64,000 nt of DNA, taken from NCBI GenBank assembly GCA_041690175.1, contig JAWLHV010000005.1, positions 92,494-156,493 of the forward strand, written 5' to 3'. Position 1 is the first letter of the stretch. Each line of letters opens with the position of its first letter. Made by a program: the position numbers and the translations under genes. This DNA is from Dehalococcoidia bacterium (GTDB lineage: Bacteria; Chloroflexota; Dehalococcoidia; UBA2979). Shown piece after piece: positions 21,447 through 31,356 of the stretch. The notes below the pieces were generated by a model that worked only from the letters and a program-made list of their open reading frames with translations, made no database searches and had not been told where the DNA came from.

Positions 21447-21739
21447 TTGTCGCACAGACGTGCGAAAAAACCTTGTCTCGGGATTGTTTGTGCGGGTGCG
21501 CACAAGATAGCCTTTCTCCTGGTAGCCGACGCGCCGGGCGGGTGCGTAACACAGGCATGCGGCTGCCACATGACTCCCTAGCGAATCCGTAAGGATGCGG
21601 GCTCGCCGGGAGACTTGCGTGCGACGGGCGACTGCCGGGCCAGTGAGCCGGGCGGTGGTCCGGAGGGGAGCGCACCATCCACGGCACCCTGACGCCTCAA
21701 CGGCCTCCCCGTCGCAGTCGCCGGCTGCTGCGGGCCCGC

Positions 21740-22855
21740 GTGCATGACACGCCCCGGCCGCGGCGCATCCCACAGGCCCTGCGGCCTTCCTTGCACTTCT
21801 CGATCGTGGCATCCCTGCTGGGGCTGATCCTGCTCGTGGGCGCGTTTCCGGTGCAGGTGTCGGACACGCCGTCCAGCCCGGTGCTGAACGTTAGCCGCTT
21901 CACCCTCCCCAGCCTCGCCGCCGCCGTTCCCACCGCTGGCACGCAGTCGCTCACCGTGAACCCGGTCCCGCTCACGGTCTACGGCGTCCGCAGTTCCCTG
22001 GACGACAACCCGACCGTGACGGACAACACCGAGGAAGTGGTGGAGGGCATCCAGCGCGAGCAGGAGGCCTCCTTTGCCCCGGCCAGCACGGACGGCAATG
22101 AGGCCAGCGAGCGCATTCCGATTTTCTTCGAGTACGAGGTGAAGCCCGGCGACACGCTGAGCGACATCGCAGCCCGCTTCGGCATCGGCATCAACCACAT
22201 TGCGTGGAACAACGTGGACGTCCAGGACGCGAACGACATCGATCCCGGCATGCTCCTCCAGATCCCGAGCCTGGAAGGCATCATCCACTCCGTGCGCGTC
22301 ACCGAGACGGTCACGGAGATCGCGGACAAGTACGACGCCGACTGGCGCGACATCGTGAACTTCCGGGCCAACGGCCTGGACAACGACCCAAACAACATTC
22401 AACCCGGCACGCTGATCCTGGTGCCTGGTGGCCGCAAGGTCCCGCTGCAGCAGGCTCCGGCCGCCCGCCCTGGTTCCGGCCAGACCTCGCCCTCGGGCTG
22501 GGTGTGGCCCGCGGCGGGTGCGCTCACCTCGCCGTACGGCCCCGCGCACCCGCTCGGCATCGACGTGGCCGCCGCCTGGGGCTCGCCCATCTACGCCTCG
22601 GGCACGGGGACCGTGGCCTTCACGGGTGGCAACCCGTGCTGTTCGTACGGCTACCACGTCATCATTGACCACGGAGACGGCTACGAGACGCTCTACGCCC
22701 ACCTGAACGACTTCGCGGTCAGCCCGGGTGCGGTGGTCAACGCCGGCGACGTCATCGGCTGGATCGGCATGACCGGCCGTACCACCGGCCCGCACGTCCA
22801 CTTCGAGATCCGCCGTAACGGTGACTACCAGGATCCCATGCAGTATCTGCCGTAA
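21740..22855 (+). CDS. LysM-domain M23 family metallopeptidase (peptidoglycan hydrolase)
   Basis: Two LysM repeats (YEVKPGDTLSDIAARFG; VRVTETVTEIADKYD). The C-terminal M23 domain carries HxxxD (YHVIIDHGDGY) and HxH (GPHVHFE) motifs. Confidence 0.85.
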   Translation: MHDTPRPRRIPQALRPSLHFSIVASLLGLILLVGAFPVQVSDTPSSPVLNVSRFTLPSLAAAVPTAGTQSLTVNPVPLTVYGVRSSLDDNPTVTDNTEEVVEGIQREQEASFAPASTDGNEASERIPIFFEYEVKPGDTLSDIAARFGIGINHIAWNNVDVQDANDIDPGMLLQIPSLEGIIHSVRVTETVTEIADKYDADWRDIVNFRANGLDNDPNNIQPGTLILVPGGRKVPLQQAPAARPGSGQTSPSGWVWPAAGALTSPYGPAHPLGIDVAAAWGSPIYASGTGTVAFTGGNPCCSYGYHVIIDHGDGYETLYAHLNDFAVSPGAVVNAGDVIGWIGMTGRTTGPHVHFEIRRNGDYQDPMQYLP

Positions 22856-22953
22856 GGCCGCGAACTCACGCACGACACAGAGCAGGCGCCCCGTGGGGCG
22901 CCTGCTCTGTCTTCAGTCCGGGAATGGGAGACCGCTGGGGGACCGGAAAGGCG

Positions 22954-23592
22954 CTACGCGCGCGCCTCCAACAGGACCAGGCGCTTCACCTCGTCGCCCA
23001 GGTCCCGCCTGGTGACGGTGAAGCGGGAGACCGGTTCTTCTGGCGTGGCGGCCATGGCCGAGACAAACGTCTTCAGGGCCGCCTGGTCCGCGGGGTCATA
23101 GCCCACCGGGATCACGATCGCCGGCTCCAGCGCGCGGACGACCTTGGCGGCGTCTGCTCCCTGCAACGTGTCCGGCATGCCGATGGGCACGATGACAATG
23201 TCCGCCACGGAGAGCACGTCCATCTGAGCGGCGCCGGGAGCCGCCCCCATCCCGCCCAGGTGGGCGACGCGGATGTCCTCCGCCTCGTACAGCCAGAGGG
23301 TGCTGCGCAGCGCCTTCGGCTCGCCGCTGCCCTGTAGGGAGCAGCGCACGCCCTCGATGATGACGCCGCGGATCTCGTACTCGCCGGGGCCGTCCAGCAC
23401 CATCGGGTCACCCTCGGCGGGAGCCACCTGGGCCACGCCGTTGCGGTGCGGGTCGTCATGGCTGACGGTGATGACGTGCGCATCCGGCCGGCCCATGGTG
23501 CCGGCGACCGACTTGTCGTAGGGGTCCATCACCACGGCCGCATTGCGGGTGCGCATGCGGGTCGCGGCGAAGCCAAGCCACGTCAGGTCCAT
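22954..23592 (-). CDS. MBL-fold metal-dependent hydrolase
   Basis: HxHxDH-type motif (ITVSHDDPHRNG) characteristic of UlaG/MBL hydrolases. Confidence 0.65.
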   Translation of the reverse strand: MDLTWLGFAATRMRTRNAAVVMDPYDKSVAGTMGRPDAHVITVSHDDPHRNGVAQVAPAEGDPMVLDGPGEYEIRGVIIEGVRCSLQGSGEPKALRSTLWLYEAEDIRVAHLGGMGAAPGAAQMDVLSVADIVIVPIGMPDTLQGADAAKVVRALEPAIVIPVGYDPADQAALKTFVSAMAATPEEPVSRFTVTRRDLGDEVKRLVLLEARA

Positions 23593-23751
23593 CAGTCCTC
23601 CAGGCCGCAGGGAGACCCCGATCCTATCGAGGGCGCCCCTCAGCGGCTATGGCAGATGCGGCCACCCTGCGCGCGCTTCTGCTGGAACCAGACATTAGTC
23701 GGGCGGGCGCAGTGCGCTGCGCCCCTACGAGATGGGGACGCGGGGCCTGTC

Positions 23752-25146
23752 CTACGGCAGGTCGCCCTCGCGGCCGGGGATGGGGAGGACGGGCGCGGCA
23801 GTGCTCTCCGCGACGGGCCGCATCGCCTCCGGGTGACAGATGGCGATGGCGGCGTTGTGCGCCCAGCCCGTGGCGTTCACCATCGCGACGCGCAGCGTGT
23901 CCGCGCGCACGCCCTTGAAGTTCCCGTCCAGGTCGATCTCCGCGTCTTCCTGCTCCACGTTCCGGGTCCACGGAATCTCCTGGCGATGCATCGCCTCCAG
24001 CAGGATCGCCAGGGACAGCGGGCCGGAGGCGCCCAGCATGTGACCGGTGTGGGACTTCAGCGCAGGCGTGTACATGTGGTGCCGGGTGGCGGCGCCAAAG
24101 ATGCGCCTCACGCCCACCGCCTCCTGGCGGTCGCCCTCCAGCGTGCCGGCGGCGTGCAGCGCCACCAGGTCCACCTCCGCCTGAATGCGGCCGCTGAGCA
24201 GCAGAGCCCGCTGCAGGGCAGCGCCGATCTGCACCGCGTCGAAGCCGGGCGTGCCGTCCGCCCCGGCGGAGAAGGTCATCGCCTCGCCCTCGAGTTCCGC
24301 CAGGATGCGGGCGCCCCGGGCCGTCGCCACCTCCAGCGCCTCCAGCGTCACCATCGCCGCGCCCTCCGCCAGCACGAAGCCATCGCGGCCGGCGTCCAGC
24401 GGGCGGGACGCCCCGGCGGGGTCGTCGTTACGCGCGGAGAGCGCGCCGGTGCCCTCGAAGGCCGCCAGGCCCAGGGGATTGATGGGGGCCTCAGCGCCCC
24501 CGGCGATCGCCACCAGTGCGTCGCCGCGGCGGATCATGTCGGCGGCCTCGATGATCGCCGCCAGGCCGCCCGCGGAGCGGTTCTCCACCTGCAGGGTCGG
24601 TCCGGTCACTCCGAGCAGCGCCGCCACGCGGTCCGCGGGGGCGTGCGGGCGGGCGTGCTGCGCCAGCACGCGCTTGGCCGCCTCCGGGTCGCGCTCCAGC
24701 AGGCGCGCGCCCTCCAGCAGCCAGTCCTCCTCCGGCCGCTCGGAGGCCATCACCGTGGCGACCCACGCGCGGTTCTGCTGGTTGAACGCCAGGCCCGCGC
24801 CCTGCACGGCGCTGAGCGCCGCGCTCACGGCAAAGCGCGAACGGCGATCGAGTGCGTCCCAGTAGGGCTGCTTGAAGCGTGGATCCAGCGTGTCCGCGTC
24901 CGGGACCTCGGCGGCGATCTTCGTGCGGTAGTCCGCGGTGTCGAAGCGGGTGATGGGGCCCACCGCGGAACGCTCGGCCGCCATCGCCTCCCACACCTCG
25001 CCCGTGGTGCGGCCGAGGGCGGAGACCACGCCCACGCCCGTGATCACCACGCGCCGGCGGGGCGCGTCCTCGCCGGGCGTCGGCGCGGCTGTGGGCTGTC
25101 CGGCCGGCCCGGGCTGCGGGTCTTGCGAGGTCATGCGGTCGGCCAT
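23752..25146 (-). CDS. fabF: 3-oxoacyl-ACP synthase II
   Basis: KAS-II fold: RRVVITGVGVVSALG...; catalytic Cys region MLGASGPLSLAILLEAMH-like; C-terminal His motifs. It has a ~30-aa N-terminal Pro-rich extension, so the start is uncertain. Confidence 0.85.
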   Translation of the reverse strand: MADRMTSQDPQPGPAGQPTAAPTPGEDAPRRRVVITGVGVVSALGRTTGEVWEAMAAERSAVGPITRFDTADYRTKIAAEVPDADTLDPRFKQPYWDALDRRSRFAVSAALSAVQGAGLAFNQQNRAWVATVMASERPEEDWLLEGARLLERDPEAAKRVLAQHARPHAPADRVAALLGVTGPTLQVENRSAGGLAAIIEAADMIRRGDALVAIAGGAEAPINPLGLAAFEGTGALSARNDDPAGASRPLDAGRDGFVLAEGAAMVTLEALEVATARGARILAELEGEAMTFSAGADGTPGFDAVQIGAALQRALLLSGRIQAEVDLVALHAAGTLEGDRQEAVGVRRIFGAATRHHMYTPALKSHTGHMLGASGPLSLAILLEAMHRQEIPWTRNVEQEDAEIDLDGNFKGVRADTLRVAMVNATGWAHNAAIAICHPEAMRPVAESTAAPVLPIPGREGDLP

Positions 25147-25159
25147 GGGCTCGCGGGCT

Positions 25160-26200
25160 TCAGGCGCGCGCGGCGTTCGCGACGGCCACGGACTCCGCGA
25201 CGGCGGCGGCGGGGTTCTTCACGGGCGCCCACTCGAGCGTCACCGCGCCCCAGGACAGGCCGCCGCCAAAGGCGGCCAGCAGCACGCGGTCGCCCGCCTT
25301 GAGCCGCCCCTCCGCCAGCGCCTCCGCGAGCGCGATCGGGATCGAGGCGCTGGAGGTGTTGCCGTACTTCTCCAGGTTCAGGAAGACCTTCTCCATGGGG
25401 ACGCCCAGGCGGTCCGTCAGGGCGGTGATGATGCGTCGGTTCGCCTGGTGCGGGACCACTAGGTCCACCTCCGCCGCCGTCAGGCCCGCCTGCGCCAGTA
25501 CGTCCGCCGCCGCGATCGCCATGTCCGTCACGGCGTGCTTGAACACGGCGGAGCCGTTCATGACCACGTGCGCCTCGCGCGCTAGTGCGTCGCCGGGGGT
25601 GCAGGGTCCGTTGGCGTACAGGAGCGCGGCCTGGCTGCCGTCCGAGCGGAGCAGGAGACCATCGATGCCTCCCGGCTCGCCCTCCACGGCCGCCTGCAGG
25701 ACCACGGCGCCGGCGCCGTCTCCGAAGAGCACGCAGGTGCCCCGGTCCGTCCAGTCGATGATGCGCGAGAAGACCTCCGAGCCCACGACCACGGCCGTCC
25801 TGGACTGGCCGCTGGCGACGAACTGGGCGGCCACGCTGAGGGCGGAGATGAAGCCGTTGCAGGCGGCGTTGACATCGAACGCCGCCGCGGCCGGCGCGCC
25901 GATGGCCTCCTGGATGAGCGTGGCGGACGCCGGGAACATGCCGTCCGGCGTGGCGGTGCCGCAGACCACCAGGTCCACGTCCGCGGGCGCCAGGCCGGCG
26001 GACTCCAGCGCACGAAGGGCGGCCTGGGCGCCCATGGTGCTGGTGCTCTCGGTCTCGGCGGCGATGCGGCGCTCGCGGATGCCGGTGCGCTCCACGACCC
26101 ACTCGTCAGAGGTGTCTACCAGTTCGGCCAGGTCGCCGTTGGTCATCACGCGTGCCGGCACGTAGCGGCCGGCGCCGATGATCCGCGCTCGCTGGGTCAT
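25160..26200 (-). CDS. fabH: 3-oxoacyl-ACP synthase III
   Basis: ARIIGAGRYVPARVMTNGDL; active-site Cys in AFDVNAACNGF; C-terminal GFGGGLSWGA. Confidence 0.9.
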   Translation of the reverse strand: MTQRARIIGAGRYVPARVMTNGDLAELVDTSDEWVVERTGIRERRIAAETESTSTMGAQAALRALESAGLAPADVDLVVCGTATPDGMFPASATLIQEAIGAPAAAAFDVNAACNGFISALSVAAQFVASGQSRTAVVVGSEVFSRIIDWTDRGTCVLFGDGAGAVVLQAAVEGEPGGIDGLLLRSDGSQAALLYANGPCTPGDALAREAHVVMNGSAVFKHAVTDMAIAAADVLAQAGLTAAEVDLVVPHQANRRIITALTDRLGVPMEKVFLNLEKYGNTSSASIPIALAEALAEGRLKAGDRVLLAAFGGGLSWGAVTLEWAPVKNPAAAVAESVAVANAARA

Positions 26201-26957
26201 GGCCGGCCCCTTCCGCCCCGTCGGCGCTTCGCGGGTGGCGTCTCCGCCTCCACCTCCGCGAGCCGCTCCTGCAGGTCCCGCAACGTGCGGTGGTGGAGCG
26301 CCTTCACCGCGCCCTCCGTGCGGCCCATCATACGTCCGATCTCCGCGTTGGTTCTGCCGTCCACGTACTTCAGCGCGATCACCTGCTGGCGGTCCACCGG
26401 CAGCGAGGAGATGGCCGCGCGCACCCGGCCGATGCGCTCGTTCTCCTCCAGGCTCGCCTCCGGTCCGGGGATGTCCGCGGGCACGGCCACCGCGGCGTCC
26501 AGCGCCTCGATGGGCGGGCGCCGGCCGCGGTCTCGGTACCAGTTGACCAGCAGGTTGTGGGCGATGCTCATCAGCCAGGACTGGAACTTCGCGCCGCCGC
26601 CCCGGAACTGGTGCAGGCGGGTGAGGGCGTTCAGGAAGGTGCGGGACGTCAGTTCTTCCGCCTCCGCCGGATCCGAGGTGCGCGAGAGCAGGTAACGGTA
26701 GACCCGACCCACGTACGCCTCGTACAGGTCGGAGAAGGCCTCGCGGTCCGTCAGGGCGGCCTGGGCGATGCGGGCGTCCTGCTCGTGCCGCGCCTGTTCC
26801 TCCGCGGATGGGGACGCGGAACCGCCGCGCCGGTCCCGGCTGCGGCGCTGCGGTGGGGGCCGGTGCGGATCCGTGGCACGGGCGATGGGAAGCCTCCGGG
26901 TGGCGTCGAGTATAGGTGGGCCGGTCGTTCCGTCGCCGTCAGGGTTCCGGGCGGCCA
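26197..26957 (-). CDS. ECF-type RNA polymerase sigma-70 factor
   Basis: Region 2 reads FSDLYEAYVGRVYRYLLSRT. Region 4 reads VIALKYVDGRTNAEIGRMMGRTEGAVKALHHRTL. The start is uncertain: GTG 26957 is the first in-frame start upstream of region 1.x. The stop overlaps the fabH start. Confidence 0.7.
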
Positions 26958-26972
26958 CTGCGCCCAACGCGC

Positions 26973-27809
26973 CTAGGCGTCGTCGTCGGGCGGGCGGAGG
27001 AGGGCGCCACGGGAGAGGTCCAGCGTGTCGCCCTCGTCCAGGTTGATCGGCAGGTCGATCTCCAGGTCGTCCACGTCCACCACGTTGCCCTCGCGCACCT
27101 CGTCGCGGAGTGCTTCCAGGCGCTCCTCGCGGCGTTCGCGGGCCTCGCGGGTGAGTTCCAGTTCCTCCTGGATGCGCTCGCGCAGGATGCGCTCGGGCGC
27201 CTCGAAGTCCCGGGGGAGGCGGGCCTCCATCACGCGGGAGAGCGAGGAGTAGTGGTTGCCGCCCAGGAAGTGCAGGACGCGGTCGTCCTGGTCGCCCAGG
27301 CGCCACTGGCGGTCGTCCTCGTCGTACGAGTCCGGATCCACGCGCACGGCCACCACCTCGCCCACGAAGAGGATGTGGTCGCCCAGCGGCGTGACCTCCA
27401 CCACCTGGCACTCCACCCAGCCGGCGCAGCCCGTGAGCAGCGGCGAAGTGATGCGCGTGGGCAGGAACGTCTCCCACTGTGTCGCCTCGAACTTGTCGAT
27501 CGACTCGCCCCCCAGCGCGCCCACGTACTGCACGTGGTGCAGGTAGGGACGCTTGGGGAAGTTGAGGGCAAACTCCTGCGAGTGGCTGATCATCTCCGCC
27601 GTGTGGCGGGACTGCTCCACGGCGATCCCCACCAGCGGCGGGTCAGAGGACAGCGGCATGTGCCACGAGAGTGGCATCACGTTGGGCCGCCCCCGCCAGG
27701 TAGTGGTGACCAGCACCACGGGCCCGCCCATCAGGAGGCGGGACGCCTCGGCGATGGGACGGACGCGGGTGTGTTCTGGGGGGAGACGGAGGAACGGGTC
27801 TTCTGCCAC
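26973..27809 (-). CDS. flavin reductase-like (FMN-binding split-barrel) protein with acidic C-terminal extension
   Basis: VVLVTTTWRGRPNVMPLSWHMPLS is the flavin reductase domain signature. The C-terminal ~90 aa is a Glu/Arg/Asp-rich helical tail. Confidence 0.7.
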   Translation of the reverse strand: MAEDPFLRLPPEHTRVRPIAEASRLLMGGPVVLVTTTWRGRPNVMPLSWHMPLSSDPPLVGIAVEQSRHTAEMISHSQEFALNFPKRPYLHHVQYVGALGGESIDKFEATQWETFLPTRITSPLLTGCAGWVECQVVEVTPLGDHILFVGEVVAVRVDPDSYDEDDRQWRLGDQDDRVLHFLGGNHYSSLSRVMEARLPRDFEAPERILRERIQEELELTREARERREERLEALRDEVREGNVVDVDDLEIDLPINLDEGDTLDLSRGALLRPPDDDA

Positions 27810-27859
27810 GACGGCAGTATAGGCCGCGAGGCGCTCGGGCCCCGTTCCCTGGGCTGGCG

Positions 27860-28078
27860 CTAGACGCCCGAGCCCGCGCGGATGCCCTGGGCTTCATCCG
27901 GCGTGAAGTCCTGGCGGCAGGACTCGCAGCGGTAGACGCTGACCTTGTCGCCCTTGCCCATGTCCTCGGCGTTGTCCCAGCGGGGGACCAGGGTGGTGTG
28001 TCCGCACACGGGGGGTGGGCCCGTGGATTCGGCCTCGGCGGCCTTGCCGCCGCCAAAGAGCCGGCTCAGAAATCCCAT
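27860..28078 (-). CDS. small Cys-rich protein (putative zinc ribbon)
   Basis: 72 aa containing CGH...CESC. Confidence 0.35.
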   Translation of the reverse strand: MGFLSRLFGGGKAAEAESTGPPPVCGHTTLVPRWDNAEDMGKGDKVSVYRCESCRQDFTPDEAQGIRAGSGV

Positions 28079-28153
28079 GACGTGTACCTCCAGGCCCTGA
28101 CCGTAACAGCCACGGTCAAACTGACACGTCCGCCGGCCCGTAAGGTCGAGGCG

Positions 28154-29803
28154 TCAGAGGGGCGTGTTCCCGGTGGCCCGGCGATGATCCGCGAGCGTGG
28201 CCCGCAGCGCCTGCTCGGCCGTCATGCCCTGCTCGCCGGTGTCCATCGTGCGGTCCAGGCCGAACCGCCGGAGCGATGTGGCCACCTCAGGCTGCACGTC
28301 CGTGAGGATCGTGCGCCCGCCGGCGCGTTCGCGATGCTCCACGATCGCCGCCAGGGTGATGAGCCCGGACGAGTCGACGTGGTGGATGTCCCGCATGCGG
28401 ATCACCAGCGGGCGCGGATCGTGGCGCGGCAGCGTGGACTCGAATGCGGCGGCGGAGTGGAAGGAGATCACGCCCTGTGCGTTGAAGAAGAGGACGTCCG
28501 GGTGATCATGCACCAGCGACTTCAGTTCCGGCGAGTACGGGCTCTCCTCCGGCGCCGACTCCAGTTCGTCCAGCACGGACGCCACCACGGGCACGCGGTT
28601 GAGGCGTCGCAGTAGGAGGACCGTCGAGGTCACCACGCCCAGCGCGATGGCGAACGTCAGGTCCAGGAACACCGTCACCACGATCGTCCCCACCAGCGCG
28701 ATGAGGTCCTCGCGAGGGGCGGTGCGGAGCAGGCGGACCAGTTCCGGCAGGTCGGCGATGCCGTACGCCACCACCACCAGCACTGCCGCCAGCGCGGCCA
28801 GCGGGATGTCGCCCGCGACCTTGGCGAGCGCCACCGTCAGCGCCAGCACCGTGACGGCGTGCACCACGCCCGACAGCCGCGAGGTGGCCCCGTTGCGGAT
28901 ACCGGCCGCGGTGCGGGCGATAGCCGCCGTGGCGGGGATGCCGCCGAAGATCGGCGCCACCAGGTTCGCGATGCCCTGGCCCACCAGTTCGCGGTCGGCG
29001 TCGTGGCGCACGCCGTCCGCGGCCATGCCGTCCGCCACCACTGCGGACAGCAGCGATTCCACCGCCGCCAGCACGGCGATGGCCGCGGCCGAGGGGATCA
29101 GGTCCACCGCGAGGCCCAGGTCCAGGAAGTCCAGCGACGGCATGGGGAAGGAGGTGGGCAGTGCGCCATAGCGATTGGAGACCGTGGCCACGTCCAGGTC
29201 CAGCACCTTCGCCGCCAACGTGGCGCCCACCACCACCAGCAGCGCTCCCGGTACCTTGCGAGGCCGCGCCTGGTACAGGAGCAGGAACGCCACGCTGGCC
29301 AGGCCGATGGCCGCGGATGCCGGCTCCATCGTGCCCAGGTGGCGCACCGTGTCCGCCACGCGCTCGTGGAAGTGCTCCAGGCGGGCGTCCGTGTCGCTCA
29401 GGCCCAGCAGGTTGTTCACCTGGCTCACCGCGATCGAGACCGCGATGCCAGCCGTGAAGCCCACGATCACCAGTTGCGGCATGAAGTGGATCAGGCGGCC
29501 GAAGCGGAACAGGCCCATCAGCACCAGGAAGATGCCGGCCAGGACGGCCGCCACCGGCAGCGCCTCCGGGCCGTGCACCACCACCATGTGCAGCAGCAGC
29601 GGCACCAGCGCGGCGGTGGGGCCGGTGATGTTGAAGCGGGAGCCGCCGAACGCCGCGGCCAGGCCGCCCGCGAACACCGCCGTGTACAGGCCGGCCACCG
29701 GGGACACACCCACGGCCACCGCCAGCGCGATGGACAGCGGGAAGGCGATGACCCCCACGATCACCCCGGACACCACGTTGCGAAGCACCTCGTCGCGCGG
29801 CAT
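28154..29803 (-). CDS. SulP-family anion transporter with C-terminal STAS domain
   Basis: Start at Met43 of the ORF (MPRDEVLRN). Has the SulP TM core (FGGSRFNITGPTAALVPL...) and a C-terminal STAS domain (HVDSSGLITLAAIVE). Confidence 0.85.
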   Translation of the reverse strand: MPRDEVLRNVVSGVIVGVIAFPLSIALAVAVGVSPVAGLYTAVFAGGLAAAFGGSRFNITGPTAALVPLLLHMVVVHGPEALPVAAVLAGIFLVLMGLFRFGRLIHFMPQLVIVGFTAGIAVSIAVSQVNNLLGLSDTDARLEHFHERVADTVRHLGTMEPASAAIGLASVAFLLLYQARPRKVPGALLVVVGATLAAKVLDLDVATVSNRYGALPTSFPMPSLDFLDLGLAVDLIPSAAAIAVLAAVESLLSAVVADGMAADGVRHDADRELVGQGIANLVAPIFGGIPATAAIARTAAGIRNGATSRLSGVVHAVTVLALTVALAKVAGDIPLAALAAVLVVVAYGIADLPELVRLLRTAPREDLIALVGTIVVTVFLDLTFAIALGVVTSTVLLLRRLNRVPVVASVLDELESAPEESPYSPELKSLVHDHPDVLFFNAQGVISFHSAAAFESTLPRHDPRPLVIRMRDIHHVDSSGLITLAAIVEHRERAGGRTILTDVQPEVATSLRRFGLDRTMDTGEQGMTAEQALRATLADHRRATGNTPL

Positions 29804-30068
29804 CGAGAACCTCGACGGCGCGGGAGGGCGCATCAGGCCCAGGGGGGACGGGACGGACAAGCGGGTCCTGCGATTCCGGTATGGGGCCCCTCGCGCCCAG
29901 CCGGGCGCACGCCAATGGAGGGCCACCAATACCTCCCGATGGTGACAGGTTCTCGCCTACACGCCAGTGGCCCTTCCCAGGAAGGACCACCTTCCTGGGA
30001 AGGGCTACTGCAACGTCGAGGCGGCTCGCGTCGAAGTGCTGGGGCGGAGTCCCGCCCCGGGTGGGCTG

Positions 30069-30653
30069 CTACGGCACCAGCACCACGGGGATGCGGTTGG
30101 TCACGGGCGGGAAGCCCTCGCCGCCGGACGGGTCCGGGGCCTCCACCACCAGGTGGCCGATCTGCGCCTCGTCCACCTCGTACTCCACGTCGAATTCGTA
30201 GGTGGCGTGGCCGTCCACGCCGCCGCCCATCGTGAAGCCCTCGGCGAGCGTGTTGCCGTCGCGATCGACGAGGCTCCACGTCACGTTCGACTCGAACGTG
30301 CGCGAGCAGCCCTCGACCGTGGCGCCCGAGGGCAACTCGTCGCCGGAGGCCACGCTCGCGACGAACACGAACGACGCCTCCACCGCGTCCGGGTGCAGGT
30401 CCGCGCAGGCGTCCGCGGGCGCAGGCGTCTCCGTCACCACCGGCGTGGGCGTGGGAGTCGAGGTGGCCGTGCCCTCGGTGGGCGGCGGGGTCTGCGTGAC
30501 GATGGGGGTGGGCGTCGGCGTCTGGGTGCCAGCCGGCGTCGGCGTCGCGTCGTCGCCGTTACAGGCCGCGCCCACGAGGGCTACCGCCGCCACGACGCCC
30601 AGCAGCGCGGCCCGACCGCGCCAACCGTGCCGGGAGGTCTGCTGATGGGTCAT
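30069..30653 (-). CDS. lipoprotein with Thr/Pro-rich linker and Ig-like (Gmad2-type) domain
   Basis: VGAC lipobox, then a TPTPAGTQTPTPTPIVTQTPPPTEGTATSTPTPTP linker, then a C-terminal beta-rich domain. Confidence 0.5.
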   Translation of the reverse strand: MTHQQTSRHGWRGRAALLGVVAAVALVGAACNGDDATPTPAGTQTPTPTPIVTQTPPPTEGTATSTPTPTPVVTETPAPADACADLHPDAVEASFVFVASVASGDELPSGATVEGCSRTFESNVTWSLVDRDGNTLAEGFTMGGGVDGHATYEFDVEYEVDEAQIGHLVVEAPDPSGGEGFPPVTNRIPVVLVP

Positions 30654-30793
30654 GTCTAGCCTCAATCAAGCGCGCGCACTCTTCGGTTCTTACTGTCGGT
30701 AGGGGGCGCGCGGATACAGTTCGCTCAAGGGAGCGTGCTTTCCTCGATCTAACGTTCCAGGTGCCGGTTGTGTTCCCGAGCCGCACCCGCCCC

Positions 30794-31324
30794 CTAGTGC
30801 GCGCTGCCGCCCTGCACCCCGTTGTCGGCGATCGCCTCCAGCCGCGCGAGGTACGTCGAGGGCAGTCCCAGTTCGAGGGCGCCCGAGAGCATCGTCTGCT
30901 TGTAGGCCGGCGACGGGGCGAAGCCGGCGGGGTCCGGGTTCGCCACCTGGTACGTCCGGCAGTGGACGCGGTCGCCGGTGGGCGTCTCCACCTCGACCTG
31001 CAGGCGGCGGTAGGCGGGCGGGTCGCGGAAGATGCCCTCCTGCTCGTCCAGCCCCCGGGACTCCCCGGGCGCGATCACCCAGAGGGCGCCCCACACCTCG
31101 TCCCCCGGCGCGGCGACGATGTCGCCCACGCCGCCCAGCCACGAGCGCTTCGACTCGATGCTGAACGCCAGCCGGAAGTCCGCCAGCCGCGCGATGCTCA
31201 CGAGGTGCGCGCTGGGCGCGTGCATCCGCAGCCGCGCCGCGTTCAGGTTGCTCCCGTAGGCGAAGTAGAGGAACGGGCCGGCCGGCATCTCGGTGGACGC
31301 GGACGTCGAGGGCTGTCCGGTCAT
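30794..31324 (-). CDS. gamma-glutamylcyclotransferase (GGCT/AIG2-like)
   Basis: LYFAYGSNLN is the YGSNL cyclotransferase signature. A downstream catalytic Glu is present. The start is taken at an internal Met. Confidence 0.65.
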   Translation of the reverse strand: MTGQPSTSASTEMPAGPFLYFAYGSNLNAARLRMHAPSAHLVSIARLADFRLAFSIESKRSWLGGVGDIVAAPGDEVWGALWVIAPGESRGLDEQEGIFRDPPAYRRLQVEVETPTGDRVHCRTYQVANPDPAGFAPSPAYKQTMLSGALELGLPSTYLARLEAIADNGVQGGSAH

Positions 31325-31356
31325 CGAGGACTGGCCCGCCGTCGAGGCCGTCTCGC

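Noticed and set aside
21382-21739. ydaO/c-di-AMP riboswitch call as a definite feature
   Set aside because: I could not match the conserved core by eye. It is kept only as a hypothesis in the findings.
20332-22873. 451-aa and 431-aa minus-strand ORFs antisense to rho and the LysM-M23 gene
   Set aside because: High-GC artefacts overlapping well-supported genes.
23446-25302. 618-aa plus ORF antisense to fabF
   Set aside because: fabF is unambiguous. The antisense translation is Arg/Gly/Ala-rich.
28506-30235. 494-aa and 458-aa ORFs overlapping the SulP transporter
   Set aside because: Alternative frames of the same region with low-complexity products. The SulP frame has TM and STAS motifs.
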